DNA of 64,000 nt, from assembly GCA_966251135.1 (NCBI GenBank), contig CBINKC010000003.1:9139-73138 (forward strand). Direction: 5' to 3'. The notes below the pieces were generated by a model. That model saw only the letters and a list, made by a program, of their open reading frames with translations, was not told where the DNA came from and did no database searches. Shown here in pieces: positions 19,341-30,620 of this stretch; within the stretch, counting starts at the first letter, position 1, and each line of letters begins with the position of its first letter. A program made the translations under genes and the position numbers. Source of the DNA: an uncultured Burkholderiaceae bacterium. Lineage in GTDB: Bacteria > Pseudomonadota > Gammaproteobacteria > Burkholderiales > Burkholderiaceae_C.

Positions 19341-19895
19341 TTACTTGACGCTCACGCCGGCGTGCAGCACGCCAATGGCCTTGCCGCTGTCCATCACCGG
19401 TGCAGCAACGTGCACGCTGGGGATCTGCGTCGTGGGATCCGGCTTGATGTTGTCCGCAGCCCAGGCCTGCCCCTTCATCGGCTGGATGAACACGGGCTGG
19501 TTGCTGTTGTTGAAGAGCAGCGGACGAACGCTCGCGCCCACGAGGTTGCCGCCGTGGTCGCGCAACACGATCTTGTTGACCGCGGAGTCGGCCTGCTCCC
19601 ACTTGGCGATCTGGGCGCTGATGTTGGTGGTCAGCACCGCCTTGACCGGCGGGGCACCCTCTTCAAGATCGATCCACTTGCCGTTGTTCATGCCGCCCGC
19701 CCCTCGCACATTGGCTTCGCGTACGGCCGCCAGGACGCTGGGATCGGCCGCGAGTTCGGTCAGGCGCTTCTTCGCCTTCTCGACCTTGGCCTGCACATCC
19801 GCCGGAAGATCGTTTGCCGCAGCCGGGGCCACGAGGCAAGCGCATGTGACAAAAGACGCAGCCATCAGCTTGGCCGCATGTGACAGATAGGTCAT
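19341..19895 (-). CDS. Stand-alone periplasmic PDC/Cache-like protein
   Basis: Signal peptide (...APAAA); helix followed by PAS-like strands [12 protein letters not shown] and [23 protein letters not shown]; no TM or output domain. Confidence 0.65.
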   Translation of the reverse strand: MTYLSHAAKLMAASFVTCACLVAPAAANDLPADVQAKVEKAKKRLTELAADPSVLAAVREANVRGAGGMNNGKWIDLEEGAPPVKAVLTTNISAQIAKWEQADSAVNKIVLRDHGGNLVGASVRPLLFNNSNQPVFIQPMKGQAWAADNIKPDPTTQIPSVHVAAPVMDSGKAIGVLHAGVSVK

Positions 19896-20183
19896 GGTGA
19901 TTCCCTTTTCATTGGTTCTTGGTGGAAATGGCGTGGGTCGCCTGCTACGGCCTGCCATGTCATACGTGAACTGGCCGTCGTGCGGGGTATCGGCGCCCGC
20001 AAGTACGACTTGAGCGGGTGACCGGAGAGTCGCGCGAAGAGTGACCAATGAGTCGCGCGAAAGTCACTGAATTCCCGCCTGTTCAAGATCGCTGGTAGCC
20101 GATAAAGTCGAAGGGCTTTGGGCCATTGAAGGGAAGCGGACCAAGGCCTGTTCACTATTCCAAGATTCAGAGAGGCACTGCCC

Positions 20184-21197
20184 ATGAAGGTCTTCATGAT
20201 CGGAACCCAGCGTTCCGGCTCCAACTTGCTGCGCCTGATGATCAACCAGGCCCCCTCGATCGCAGCCCCCCACCCACCTCACATACTCGAACGCTTCGCG
20301 CCGCTATTGCCCGCGTACGGCGATCTGAAAGACGAAGCGGCTTTCCAGCGCTTGGTCGACGATGTGGTCCGTCTCGTCGAAGTCAATCCGGTCTCCTGGG
20401 GCGTCGATTTCAATCGTGCAGACATCCGTCGTCGCTGCCGTGACAACAGCCTCGTGGCGGTCTTCGGATCCATCATGGACCGCATGGCAGAGGCCCACGG
20501 CAAGCCGGACTGGATGTGCAAGTCGCTGGCCAATGTGCATTTCCTGCCCGAAATCGAGCACTATTTCCGCGACGATGATGTGCGCTACCTGTACCTCTAT
20601 CGTGACGGACGCGACGTCTGCCTGTCCTTCCTGAAGGCCGTGGTGGGCGAAAAGACGGCCTACCACGTCGCCAAGCAATGGGACACCGAGCAGCAACTGG
20701 CGCTCGAATGCGGACGGCGCGTGCCCTCGTCGCAGTTCCTCGCACTGTCCTATGAAGAGCTGACCAGCAACCCCGAGTCGACCCTGGCCCTGCTGTGTCG
20801 CTGGCTCGGCATTGAGTTCAGCCCCGCCATGCTCGACTTCCACAGTTCGGATGAAGCGAGCAAAACGGCCGCCTCCGGCAAGATGTGGGAAAACGTCAAG
20901 AAGCCCGTGATAGCGACCAATACAAAGAAGTGGCTCACGGGCATGTCGACGGACCAGATCATCGACTTCGAGTCCGTCGCCGGCCGGTCGCTCGAGCAAT
21001 TGGGCTACGAGCTCGAGATCGTCGGCAAGTCGCAGCCCGCACGTGTCTACGATGCCGAGGCACGGGCCCGGCTCGACGCGGAGAATCGGCAGCGCAAGGC
21101 CGCCGTGAGGGAGCAATTGCCTCCCGAAGACCTGGCCGCCCGCAAGCCTCAGGAAGACCTTCTCGCATCCATCCGTTCCCGCATGGTCTGCGCATGA
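20184..21197 (+). CDS. PAPS-dependent sulfotransferase (Sulfotransfer_3 family)
   Basis: 5'-PSB IGTQRSGSNLLR; WMCKS; 3'-PB YLYRDGRDVCLS; SYEELTSNPE. Confidence 0.88.
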   Translation: MKVFMIGTQRSGSNLLRLMINQAPSIAAPHPPHILERFAPLLPAYGDLKDEAAFQRLVDDVVRLVEVNPVSWGVDFNRADIRRRCRDNSLVAVFGSIMDRMAEAHGKPDWMCKSLANVHFLPEIEHYFRDDDVRYLYLYRDGRDVCLSFLKAVVGEKTAYHVAKQWDTEQQLALECGRRVPSSQFLALSYEELTSNPESTLALLCRWLGIEFSPAMLDFHSSDEASKTAASGKMWENVKKPVIATNTKKWLTGMSTDQIIDFESVAGRSLEQLGYELEIVGKSQPARVYDAEARARLDAENRQRKAAVREQLPPEDLAARKPQEDLLASIRSRMVCA

Positions 21198-21204
21198 GGC
21201 CGTC

Positions 21205-22431
21205 ATGAGCGAGATGACCAACGCCGCAGAGTCGAGCGTGATCGACGAGGTGGGGCACCGCCCCACGAAAGGCCGGCTCTTTGCCGATTGCGTCATCCTG
21301 GGCCTGACTGCGTGGGGCGGCTTCATGGCCCTGCTGGCCCAGGCCCAGGAGCGATTCGTCAAGCAAAGGCGGTGGATCGCCGAGAAGGACTTCCTGGACC
21401 TGATCGCGCTGGTCACGATGTTGCCGGGCCCCCAGGCGGTCAATGCCATTGCCGTCATGGGCCATCGACTGGGAGGCTGGAGCGGGTTCGCCGCGGCATT
21501 GACCGGCATCGTGCTGCCTGGGTTCGGCATCATCTTGGCGCTGTGGTTCGGCTACTCGTTCCTCGCGGGTTATCCGGATGTGCTGAGAGCGGTGACCGTG
21601 GGCGTGCTGCCGCCCTTGGCCATGATCCTTGCCCAAGCCGCCTTCAACCAGGCCAAGAAGGCGGCGGCAGGACGCAAGCAGCAGGTCCTGGCGGCCGCTG
21701 CCGCCGTGCTGCTGCTCGTGCTGCCGTTCTGGTCGGCTCCGATCTATGTGCTGGGGTTCGGTGCGCTCGCGTCGCTGCTCTTCCTGCCTGCGCCGAAGCA
21801 CTCGGAGAGTGCGCAGGGCCGTCGCTTGAGGCCACTGGAACTGATGCTGTGCATCGCTCCGGCGGGGCTGGCTGCATTCCAGCTCGCACCGGCACTGCTG
21901 CCCCAGGCGCTGGTGGCCAAGGTCGGGCTTGCCTTCGCGGGCCTCAGCACCACGCTCTTCGGCGGTGGTCTCGTGATGATCCCTTTGCTCGAAGGGCTGC
22001 TCGTCGATCGCCTCGGCTGGCTGGATCACGCGGGCTTCAGCGCCGCTCTGGCGGCCAGCCAATTGACGCCTGGGCCGATTCTGAGCGTTGCCACCTTCAC
22101 CGGCATGCAAGTCGCTGGCATTGCCGGGGCACTGGTGGCCACGATCGCCATCTACTTGCCGACCGCGTTGATGTGTGTCGGTGTCAGCGGCATCACGGAC
22201 CGTCTCAAGGGTTCGCGCTTGTTCCAGCACGCGATGGTCGGTGTGCGCTGCGCGGTCGTCGGCCTCATTGCCGGGGCAGCGATCTCATTGCTGTTGAAGC
22301 TGCCCTTTCAGGCCTACGCCTGGCAAGCGGCGCTGCTGATCGTGGCTTCATATGGAATCGTCTGGCGGCTGAAACAACCGCCATACATCTCCCTGCCCGC
22401 AGGCGCCGCGCTGGCGTGGCTGCTCCTGTAG
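21205..22431 (+). CDS. chrA: Long-chain chromate ion transporter (CHR family)
   Basis: Two homologous halves with WGG..A / FGGG and LPGP / LTPGP motifs; about 11-12 TMs. Confidence 0.88.
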   Translation: MSEMTNAAESSVIDEVGHRPTKGRLFADCVILGLTAWGGFMALLAQAQERFVKQRRWIAEKDFLDLIALVTMLPGPQAVNAIAVMGHRLGGWSGFAAALTGIVLPGFGIILALWFGYSFLAGYPDVLRAVTVGVLPPLAMILAQAAFNQAKKAAAGRKQQVLAAAAAVLLLVLPFWSAPIYVLGFGALASLLFLPAPKHSESAQGRRLRPLELMLCIAPAGLAAFQLAPALLPQALVAKVGLAFAGLSTTLFGGGLVMIPLLEGLLVDRLGWLDHAGFSAALAASQLTPGPILSVATFTGMQVAGIAGALVATIAIYLPTALMCVGVSGITDRLKGSRLFQHAMVGVRCAVVGLIAGAAISLLLKLPFQAYAWQAALLIVASYGIVWRLKQPPYISLPAGAALAWLLL

Positions 22432-22575
22432 GGCAAACGGAAGTTGTTTTGAAACGGCGACAGCACGGCCGGGCACCCTCGTGAGCCCGGCGAGCAGCCG
22501 CTTTCGAGGCAAAGCGGTGCCGCCCGGGGCCGGATGGTCTTTTCCTCCATTGGGGCGTATGGAACCGCCACGCAA

Positions 22576-22682
22576 GCCGGCAACAATCACGCCCGGCCAC
22601 TCCTCCAGTGGCTCCCGCTTCATTCCCTAAGCGGGTTTCGCAATCGCGAAGTTGGCAGCCCCTACGGGGGCTGCTTTTTTCT
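22576..22682 (+). ncRNA. Candidate small RNA: stacked hairpins ending in an intrinsic terminator
   Basis: Stems gccact/agtggc (loop CCUCC), cccgctt/aagcggg (loop CAUUCCCU), ttcgc/gcgaa, then gcagcccc/ggggctgc plus U6. Confidence 0.4.
22655..22680 (+). terminator. Rho-independent terminator
   Basis: 8-bp GC stem GCAGCCCC-TACG-GGGGCTGC followed by TTTTTT. Confidence 0.85.
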
Positions 22683-22820
22683 TCCTCTACGGGGGAACAT
22701 GCCGTGGGGCGGCCGCCGCGAGGGCCCATGCCGGCCAGGTCATCGGCATGACCAGGTCGGGACGGGCCCGCCGGCCCTCCTGCCGGCGTGCGCCCCTACA
22801 CCGTCCAGACGCGCGCTGCC

Positions 22821-23828
22821 TTAATCCGCGGCGACCGCCACATGCCGAAAGAAATCGCTGACAAACGCATCCAGCGCGGCCTCCGGCAGCCGGTCGATTC
22901 CGGCAGCACCACGCCGCCCGTTGCCGCCTGGGTACCGTCGGCAAAGCACATCGGCGCCCTGGGTGCATTTCTCGGCAACGCGCACGCTCACGAGATAGCC
23001 GCCATCGGACCGAGGCGTCAACACGCCGACCGACTTTCCGTGGCCCGAGGCCACCCGCTGGTTGGCCAGCGAGCCTGAAAGACGCCGCGCCCAGGTCTCG
23101 CCGCTCAGCACGAAGACCTCGCCGTGCGGGTCTTGCGCTGTGGGCTGAATGGAGGTCAGCCGCTGTTGATCGTCTTCGTACCCTGCGTGCAGCAGCGCGT
23201 ACTCCTCCGCCTGCGCGATGAAGTCGAAAGGGTTCTCGAATCGATGCACCGACGCATAGAGCTGCAGAGGATCGAGATGCAAATCGCCGGTCGCTTCGCC
23301 GTAGGCGTTGTAGTTGAGCAGCATGCCCAGGTGCTGGAGTTGAGCCCTCTGCGACTCGTCGTATCCGCGTTCCTGCGCGAGCGGGCGCGCCACGTTCAGC
23401 AGGTTGTCGCCGAACGCACCGACGATGGCCCAGTCCCTGTAGCGCCCTTGCAGATACCGGTCCACCAACAAGGAAGTGCACACGTCGGCGGCCTGATCGA
23501 TATGAGTGTGCAGGCGCGGATGGTCAAAGAGGCTGTGCGCAGCATGATGATCGAAATACCGCACTTGTCCGCCGCTGTTGAGCAGCTCGCGAACCTGAGC
23601 TTCATTGCGGTCGAAGCAGACGTCGAGAACCGTCACGTCCAATGCTTGACCGCGCGGCAGCCTTTGCAGCAATTCAATGTCGCGTTTGACGCCCGTGACC
23701 AACGTACTGTGGCCAGACTGCGCCATGCGCAACTGGTGGAGAGCACAAATGCCGTCCGCATCGCCATTGAAGACGTCGTAACTCGGCAGGCCGGACGCCG
23801 CCTGCATTGCCAGTTCTTGCTTGCTCAT
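22821..23828 (-). CDS. DHH-family phosphoesterase (candidate pAp phosphatase)
   Basis: DVFNGDADG, VTVLD, YFDHH, GAFGD and C-terminal GGNGRRGAAG (DHHA1-like); 1-bp overlap with cysC. Confidence 0.82.
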   Translation of the reverse strand: MSKQELAMQAASGLPSYDVFNGDADGICALHQLRMAQSGHSTLVTGVKRDIELLQRLPRGQALDVTVLDVCFDRNEAQVRELLNSGGQVRYFDHHAAHSLFDHPRLHTHIDQAADVCTSLLVDRYLQGRYRDWAIVGAFGDNLLNVARPLAQERGYDESQRAQLQHLGMLLNYNAYGEATGDLHLDPLQLYASVHRFENPFDFIAQAEEYALLHAGYEDDQQRLTSIQPTAQDPHGEVFVLSGETWARRLSGSLANQRVASGHGKSVGVLTPRSDGGYLVSVRVAEKCTQGADVLCRRYPGGNGRRGAAGIDRLPEAALDAFVSDFFRHVAVAAD

Positions 23829-24475
23829 TACTGCACCAAGCCGCGCCGGGAGAGAAAGGCCATCAGCAGATCGGCCGATTGCTGGGGCTTGTGCTGACTG
23901 GTGTCGATGCGCAAATCGGGGCTTTCGGGCGGCTCATACGGTGACGAGACACCCGTGAACAACGGAATCAAACCCGCCCGGGCCTTGCTGTACAAGCCCT
24001 TGGTATCGCGGTCTTCGCAGACCTCCAGACTGGTGCTCACATGCACTTCGATGAACCTGCCATCCCCGATGATCGACCTCGCCATCGTCCTGTCCTCGCG
24101 GTACGGCGAGATGAGCGACGCGAACACAATCAAGCCGGCTTCATTCATGAGCGCCGCCACCTCGGCAGTGCGACGGATGTTTTCTTGCCGATCCGACGGG
24201 GTAAACCCCAGGTCTCGATTGAGGCGATGGCGAAGATTGTCGCCATCGAGTACGAAGCTGACCCGCTGTTGGGCAAGGAGTCGTCGCTCCACTTCGTAGG
24301 CCAAGGTCGACTTGCCTGCGCCACTCAGGCCGGTGAGCCATATGGTGGCGGGCCGCTGTCTCAGCACTTGCTCTCGGTGTCCTGCCTGAACATGACCAGC
24401 GTGCCGGAACACGTTGCGTGTATCGACACCGGCGGGCCGCTCGCGGGCCTCCTGCCGCTCAATAGAGTGCTCCAT
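23828..24475 (-). CDS. cysC: Adenylyl-sulfate (APS) kinase
   Basis: WLTGLSGAGKST, LDGDNLRH.LNRDLGF, ENIRR, RDTKGLY.KARAG, FTGVSSPYEPP. Confidence 0.95.
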   Translation of the reverse strand: MEHSIERQEARERPAGVDTRNVFRHAGHVQAGHREQVLRQRPATIWLTGLSGAGKSTLAYEVERRLLAQQRVSFVLDGDNLRHRLNRDLGFTPSDRQENIRRTAEVAALMNEAGLIVFASLISPYREDRTMARSIIGDGRFIEVHVSTSLEVCEDRDTKGLYSKARAGLIPLFTGVSSPYEPPESPDLRIDTSQHKPQQSADLLMAFLSRRGLVQ

Positions 24476-24804
24476 GTCAGGCCTCCCTGCCTGTCATATT
24501 GATATTTGCTTTTTTAACTCAAGCGGCCCGCAGCCTCAATGGAGGGTACCCACCATTGCGCACCGCTCGGACAATGTCGCACCTTTTATTTCACGAACCG
24601 CGAAAAGCGCCACGAACCGAGCAGGTGTGAACGAATCCGACATGCCCGCTCATCACGCCGGAACGTGCCCACTCGGCGCTGCAAATGCTCGCCATAGCCC
24701 GAATACAGCGCTGGGCGAGATTCGTGCAGCCCGAGAGGGCCAGGCTGGACGACAACATCGGCAAGCACCCCGACGCGAGCAGGGGCAGCGGGTGCCAGGC
24801 GCAC

Positions 24805-24835
24805 TTGACGTCCCCACGGTGGCAAGGTCGACAGT
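24805..24835 (+). promoter_or_regulatory. CueR-type MerR promoter of copA
   Basis: -35 TTGACG, 19-bp spacer, -10 GACAGT; overlapping dyad ACGTCCC-N7-GCAAGGT resembles the CueR box ACCTTCC-N7-GGAAGGT. Confidence 0.7.
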
Positions 24836-24862
24836 GGACCGCCCGGGTTCCTGGAGCTTGCC

Positions 24863-27100
24863 ATGCACGAACACCACCACGCCGCACACCACGCTCACGC
24901 CGATGCGCCTGCCGAGGTCCATCGCCGAGCCCCGGCAGAGGCACACGGGCCGAAGCCGCGAGCCCCTGCCGGCCAGGACGTCGAGTACACATGCCCCATG
25001 CACCCCCAGGTGCGGCAGATGGGCCCGGGCAACTGCCCGATTTGCGGCATGGCGCTGGAGCCGGTAGTCGCCATCGCCGGGACAGCGCAGAGCCCCGAGC
25101 TGCGCGACATGACCCGGCGCTTCTGGGTCGGGCTGGCGCTCACGCTGCCGGTGGTCGCGCTGGAGATGGGCGGGCACCTCACCGACCTGCACCAGCGTGT
25201 TGGAGCGCAGGCATCGAATTGGCTACAGTTGCTGTTCGGCACGCCGGTGGTGCTGTGGGCTGGCTGGCCATTCTTCGTGCGAGCATGGTTTTCCGTGCGG
25301 CATCGCAGCCTGAACATGTTCACGCTCATCGCCCTGGGCACCGGGGCGGCGTGGTTGTACAGCATGGTGGGCACGCTGGCGCCCGGCCTGTTCCCGCAGG
25401 AGCTGCGCACGGCCGAGGGCGCGGTGCCGATCTACTTCGAGGCTGCGGCCGTCATCACGGTGCTGGTGCTGCTCGGCCAGGTGCTGGAATTGCGGGCCCG
25501 CGAGAAGACCTCGGGCGCCATCCGCGCGCTGCTCGACCTCGCCCCCAAGACGGCGGTGCGCGTGCGGGCCGACGGGAGCGACGAGACAGTGCCGCTCGAC
25601 GTGGTGCAGGTGGGTGAGCTGCTGCGGGTGCGGCCCGGCGAGAAGGTGCCCGTCGACGGCGAGGTGACCGAAGGCAAGGGCACGGTGGACGAATCCATGG
25701 TGACCGGCGAGCCCCTCCCGGTGGCCAAGGCCGCTGGGTCGACAGTGACCGCGGGCACGCTCAACCAGACAGGCGGCTTCGTGATGCGCGCGCAGAAGGT
25801 GGGCGCGGACACATTGCTCGCGCAGATCGTGCACATGGTGGCCGCCGCGCAACGCAGCCGCGCGCCCATCCAGCGCATGGCCGACCAGGTGGCCGGCTGG
25901 TTCGTGCCGGCGGTGATCGCGGTGGCGGTGCTCGCCTTCGCTGCGTGGCTCGCCTGGGGCCCAAGCCCGGCGTTCTCCTACGCGCTCATCGCCGCGGTGG
26001 CGGTGCTGATCATCGCGTGTCCGTGTGCACTCGGCCTGGCGACGCCCATGTCGATCATGGTGGGCGTGGGGCGTGGCGCGCAACATGGCGTGCTCATCCG
26101 CGATGCCGAGGCGCTGGAGCGTATGGAAAAGGTCGACACGCTGGTGATCGACAAGACGGGCACGCTCACCGAGGGCCGGCCCAAGGTGGTGGCTCTGCAG
26201 TCGAGCCCGGGCTTCGAGGCCAGCCAGGTGCTGCAGAAGCTGGCGAGCGTGGAGCGCGCGAGCGAGCATCCGCTGGCCGCGGCGATCGTCTCCGACGCAC
26301 AAGAGCGCGGGCTTGCACTGTCACCCGTGGAAGACTTCGACTCTCCCGTGGGCAAGGGTGTCACCGGCACGGTCGACGGCGCGCACGTGGTGTGCGGTGG
26401 CCCGAAGTTTCTGGCCGAGCACCATATCGACACTTCGGGCATGAGCGAGGCCGCCGAGGTCGTGCGCGCGAAGGCCGCCACGGTGATCTTCGTGGCCATC
26501 GACGGCCGCCTCGCGGGCCTGGTAGGCATCGCCGATCCCATCAAGCAAAGCACGCCGCAGGCGATCCGAGCGTTGCGCGATCAAGGCATCCGGGTGGTCA
26601 TGCTGACTGGCGATGGCCGCACGACCGCCGAGGCCGTGGGCCGCGAGCTGGGCATCGACGAGGTGGTCGCCGATGTGCTTCCCGAAGACAAGGCTGCAGT
26701 CGTGCAGCGGCTGCGCTCCGAGGGCCTCGTGGTCGCCATGGCGGGCGACGGCGTGAACGATGCACCCGCACTGGCGGCGGCCGAGGTGGGCATCGCCATG
26801 GGCACCGGCACCGACGTGGCAATGGAAAGCTCGGGTGTCACGCTGCTCAAGGGTGATCTGCTCGGCATCGTGCGGGCCAGGCGGCTGTCGCAGGCCACCA
26901 TGCGCAACATTCGCCAGAACTTGTTCTTTGCCTTCGTTTACAACGTGGCCGGCATCCCGCTGGCGGCAGGCGTGCTGTACCCCCTCTTCGGACTCCTGCT
27001 GTCCCCGGTGGCGGCGGCGGCAGCCATGGCGCTGTCGTCGGTGAGCGTGATTGCGAACTCGCTGAGGCTGCGGGTGGCGGGGGTGGAATCAATGGGGTGA
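24863..27100 (+). CDS. copA: Cu(I)-exporting P1B-type ATPase
   Basis: His-rich N-terminus, YTCPMHP..CPICGM metal-binding domain, [29 protein letters not shown]...GIPLA, MALSSV. Confidence 0.96.
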   Translation: MHEHHHAAHHAHADAPAEVHRRAPAEAHGPKPRAPAGQDVEYTCPMHPQVRQMGPGNCPICGMALEPVVAIAGTAQSPELRDMTRRFWVGLALTLPVVALEMGGHLTDLHQRVGAQASNWLQLLFGTPVVLWAGWPFFVRAWFSVRHRSLNMFTLIALGTGAAWLYSMVGTLAPGLFPQELRTAEGAVPIYFEAAAVITVLVLLGQVLELRAREKTSGAIRALLDLAPKTAVRVRADGSDETVPLDVVQVGELLRVRPGEKVPVDGEVTEGKGTVDESMVTGEPLPVAKAAGSTVTAGTLNQTGGFVMRAQKVGADTLLAQIVHMVAAAQRSRAPIQRMADQVAGWFVPAVIAVAVLAFAAWLAWGPSPAFSYALIAAVAVLIIACPCALGLATPMSIMVGVGRGAQHGVLIRDAEALERMEKVDTLVIDKTGTLTEGRPKVVALQSSPGFEASQVLQKLASVERASEHPLAAAIVSDAQERGLALSPVEDFDSPVGKGVTGTVDGAHVVCGGPKFLAEHHIDTSGMSEAAEVVRAKAATVIFVAIDGRLAGLVGIADPIKQSTPQAIRALRDQGIRVVMLTGDGRTTAEAVGRELGIDEVVADVLPEDKAAVVQRLRSEGLVVAMAGDGVNDAPALAAAEVGIAMGTGTDVAMESSGVTLLKGDLLGIVRARRLSQATMRNIRQNLFFAFVYNVAGIPLAAGVLYPLFGLLLSPVAAAAAMALSSVSVIANSLRLRVAGVESMG

Positions 27101-27171
27101 CAGGCCGTTCAGGGTACGTCGATTGCTCCAGCGTTTGCACGCCGCCGCGTCCCCATTGAAAGGAATGCTCC

Positions 27172-27510
27172 ATGGCTCACGAGCAATATGCCTCCTGCAT
27201 CCAGGCCTGCAATGCCTGCGCCGACGCGTGCGACCACTGCGCCAGCGCCTGCCTGAAGGAGCAGGACGTGAAGATGATGGCGCGATGCATCGCCCTCGAC
27301 ATCGATTGCGCCGCGGTGTGCCGGCTGGCGGCCGGCTACATGGCCCGCGGTAGCGAATGCGCCCGGCAGGTCTGCAGCTTCTGTGCCGATGTTTGCCAGC
27401 TCTGTGGCGACGAGTGCGCGCGCCACGAGCACGACCATTGCCAGCAGTGCGCCCAGGCCTGCCGCCGCTGCGCCGAGGAGTGCCGGAAGATGGCCTCGGC
27501 CACCTTGTAG
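27172..27510 (+). CDS. Four-helix-bundle copper storage protein (Csp3/DUF326)
   Basis: Repeated CxxxCxxC motifs (CIQACNACADACDHCA...CAQACRRCAEEC); no signal peptide. Confidence 0.92.
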   Translation: MAHEQYASCIQACNACADACDHCASACLKEQDVKMMARCIALDIDCAAVCRLAAGYMARGSECARQVCSFCADVCQLCGDECARHEHDHCQQCAQACRRCAEECRKMASATL

Positions 27511-27578
27511 AAATCCACGCCGGCACACGCTGAGAGCCGGGAACTCCGTGCGCCGCAGATCGGTTCGCTTGCGCGCGC

Positions 27579-27619
27579 TTGATCTGCGTCAGCGCGCGGG
27601 TTGAATCGTCCCCTACCCT
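27579..27619 (+). promoter_or_regulatory. FNR/Anr-like box (TTGAT-CTGC-GTCAG) with -10 TACCCT
   Basis: Box at 27579-27592; -10 at 27614-27619 places the centre at about -40.5; upstream of the small ORF-acs-pdh-ACP operon. Confidence 0.62.
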
Positions 27620-27754
27620 GGGTCTGCAGCGGGAATCCGACACATCCGGCCGATCGCGCATTCACCGCCTGTTGCGCGGCGAAGCATTTCGTTTGCAAGG
27701 CGTTCACCCGCGGGTCATAGCCTGAGGCTCTTCCACTTTGACGGGAGCAGTCCG

Positions 27755-27871
27755 ATGAACAAGCCCACAGACCTATTCGTCCTGGAGGTCGTGATCTCGC
27801 TGGTCAGCGCCGTCCTCATCTCCGCCTTGCTGTTCGAGCCCATCGCCGAGATGGTCCGTGGCTTTTGGTGA
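27755..27871 (+). CDS. Unannotated 38-aa single-TM small protein
   Basis: [38 protein letters not shown]; GGGAG RBS; nearly all codons end in G/C; too short for the ORF track. Confidence 0.65.
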   Translation: MNKPTDLFVLEVVISLVSAVLISALLFEPIAEMVRGFW

Positions 27872-27912
27872 GGCTGATCGCCCCGGCCGGCAAGCGCCAT
27901 CGAGGAGTTGCC

Positions 27913-29654
<1,742 letters not shown>

Positions 29655-29658
<4 letters not shown>

Positions 29659-30620
29659 ACCTCACTCCCGAGGAGACCCGCGAGCTGCTGCGGCAGATGC
29701 TGCGCATCCGCCGGTTCGAGGAGGCGTGCGCCGAGCTGTACGGCGCCGGCAAGATCCGGGGGTTCCTGCACCTGTACATCGGCGAGGAGGCCATCGCCGC
29801 GGGCGCCATGCCGGCGCTGCGCGCAGATGACAGCGTGCTGGCCACCTACCGGGAACACGGCCACGCATTGGCGCGCGGCGTGCCCATGAATGCGGTGATG
29901 GCCGAGATGTATGGCAAGCGCGAAGGCTGCAGCGGCGGCCGCGGCGGCTCCATGCACTTGTTCGACGCGACCCGGCGCTTCTACGGCGGCAACGCCATCG
30001 TCGCTGGCGCGCTGCCCGTGGCCGCGGGCTTCGCGCTGGCCGAGCGCATGCGCGACACCGACCGCATCGCGGCCTGCTTCTTCGGCGAAGGCGCGGTGGC
30101 CGAGGGCGAGTTCCACGAAACGGCCAACCTCGCCGCCCTGTGGCGGCTGCCGCTGCTCATGCTGTGCGAGAACAACCTCTACGCCATGGGCACCGCCATC
30201 GAGCGCTCCGAGTCCGACACCGACCTGTGCGCCAAAGCCGAGAGCTACCGCATGCAGGCCGCCTCGGTGAATGGCATGGACGTGCTCGCCGTACGCGACG
30301 CCACCCGTCGCGCCACGGCCTACGTGCGCAGCGGCGAAGGGCCGCTGTTCCTGGAGCTGCGCACCTACCGCTTCCGCGCGCACTCGATGTTCGACCCCGA
30401 GCTCTACCGCGCCAAGGACGAGGTCGAGGCATGGAAGCAGCGCTGCCCCATCCGCTCGCTCACGGAGCGCGCCGAGGAGGCCGGCATCTCCATCGAGCTG
30501 CCCGCGCTGGAACGCGAGATCGCCGAGGAGCTGGCCACCGCCATCGCCTATGCGGAGGCTGGCACGCTGGAGCCGGTGGGCACGCTCACGCGCCACGTCC
30601 TGGCCGAGGCGCCGTCATGA
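29655..30620 (+). CDS. pdhA: Pyruvate dehydrogenase-like E1 alpha subunit
   Basis: [31 protein letters not shown]...ENN ThDP motif, [11 protein letters not shown]; ATGA overlap with acsA. Confidence 0.9.

Noticed and set aside
20083-20105. Perfect sigma28 -10 octamer GCCGATAA upstream of the sulfotransferase
   Set aside because: The TCAAG -35-like element is only 10 nt away (about 14 expected), so a FliA promoter is not supported.
19896-20183. c-di-GMP riboswitch upstream of the PDC-MCP cassette
   Set aside because: Could not identify the GEMM P1/P2 architecture or conserved GNRA/receptor elements by eye.
24476-24804. Short ORFs between cysC and copA
   Set aside because: No RBS, codon bias or motifs; treated as a divergent promoter region.
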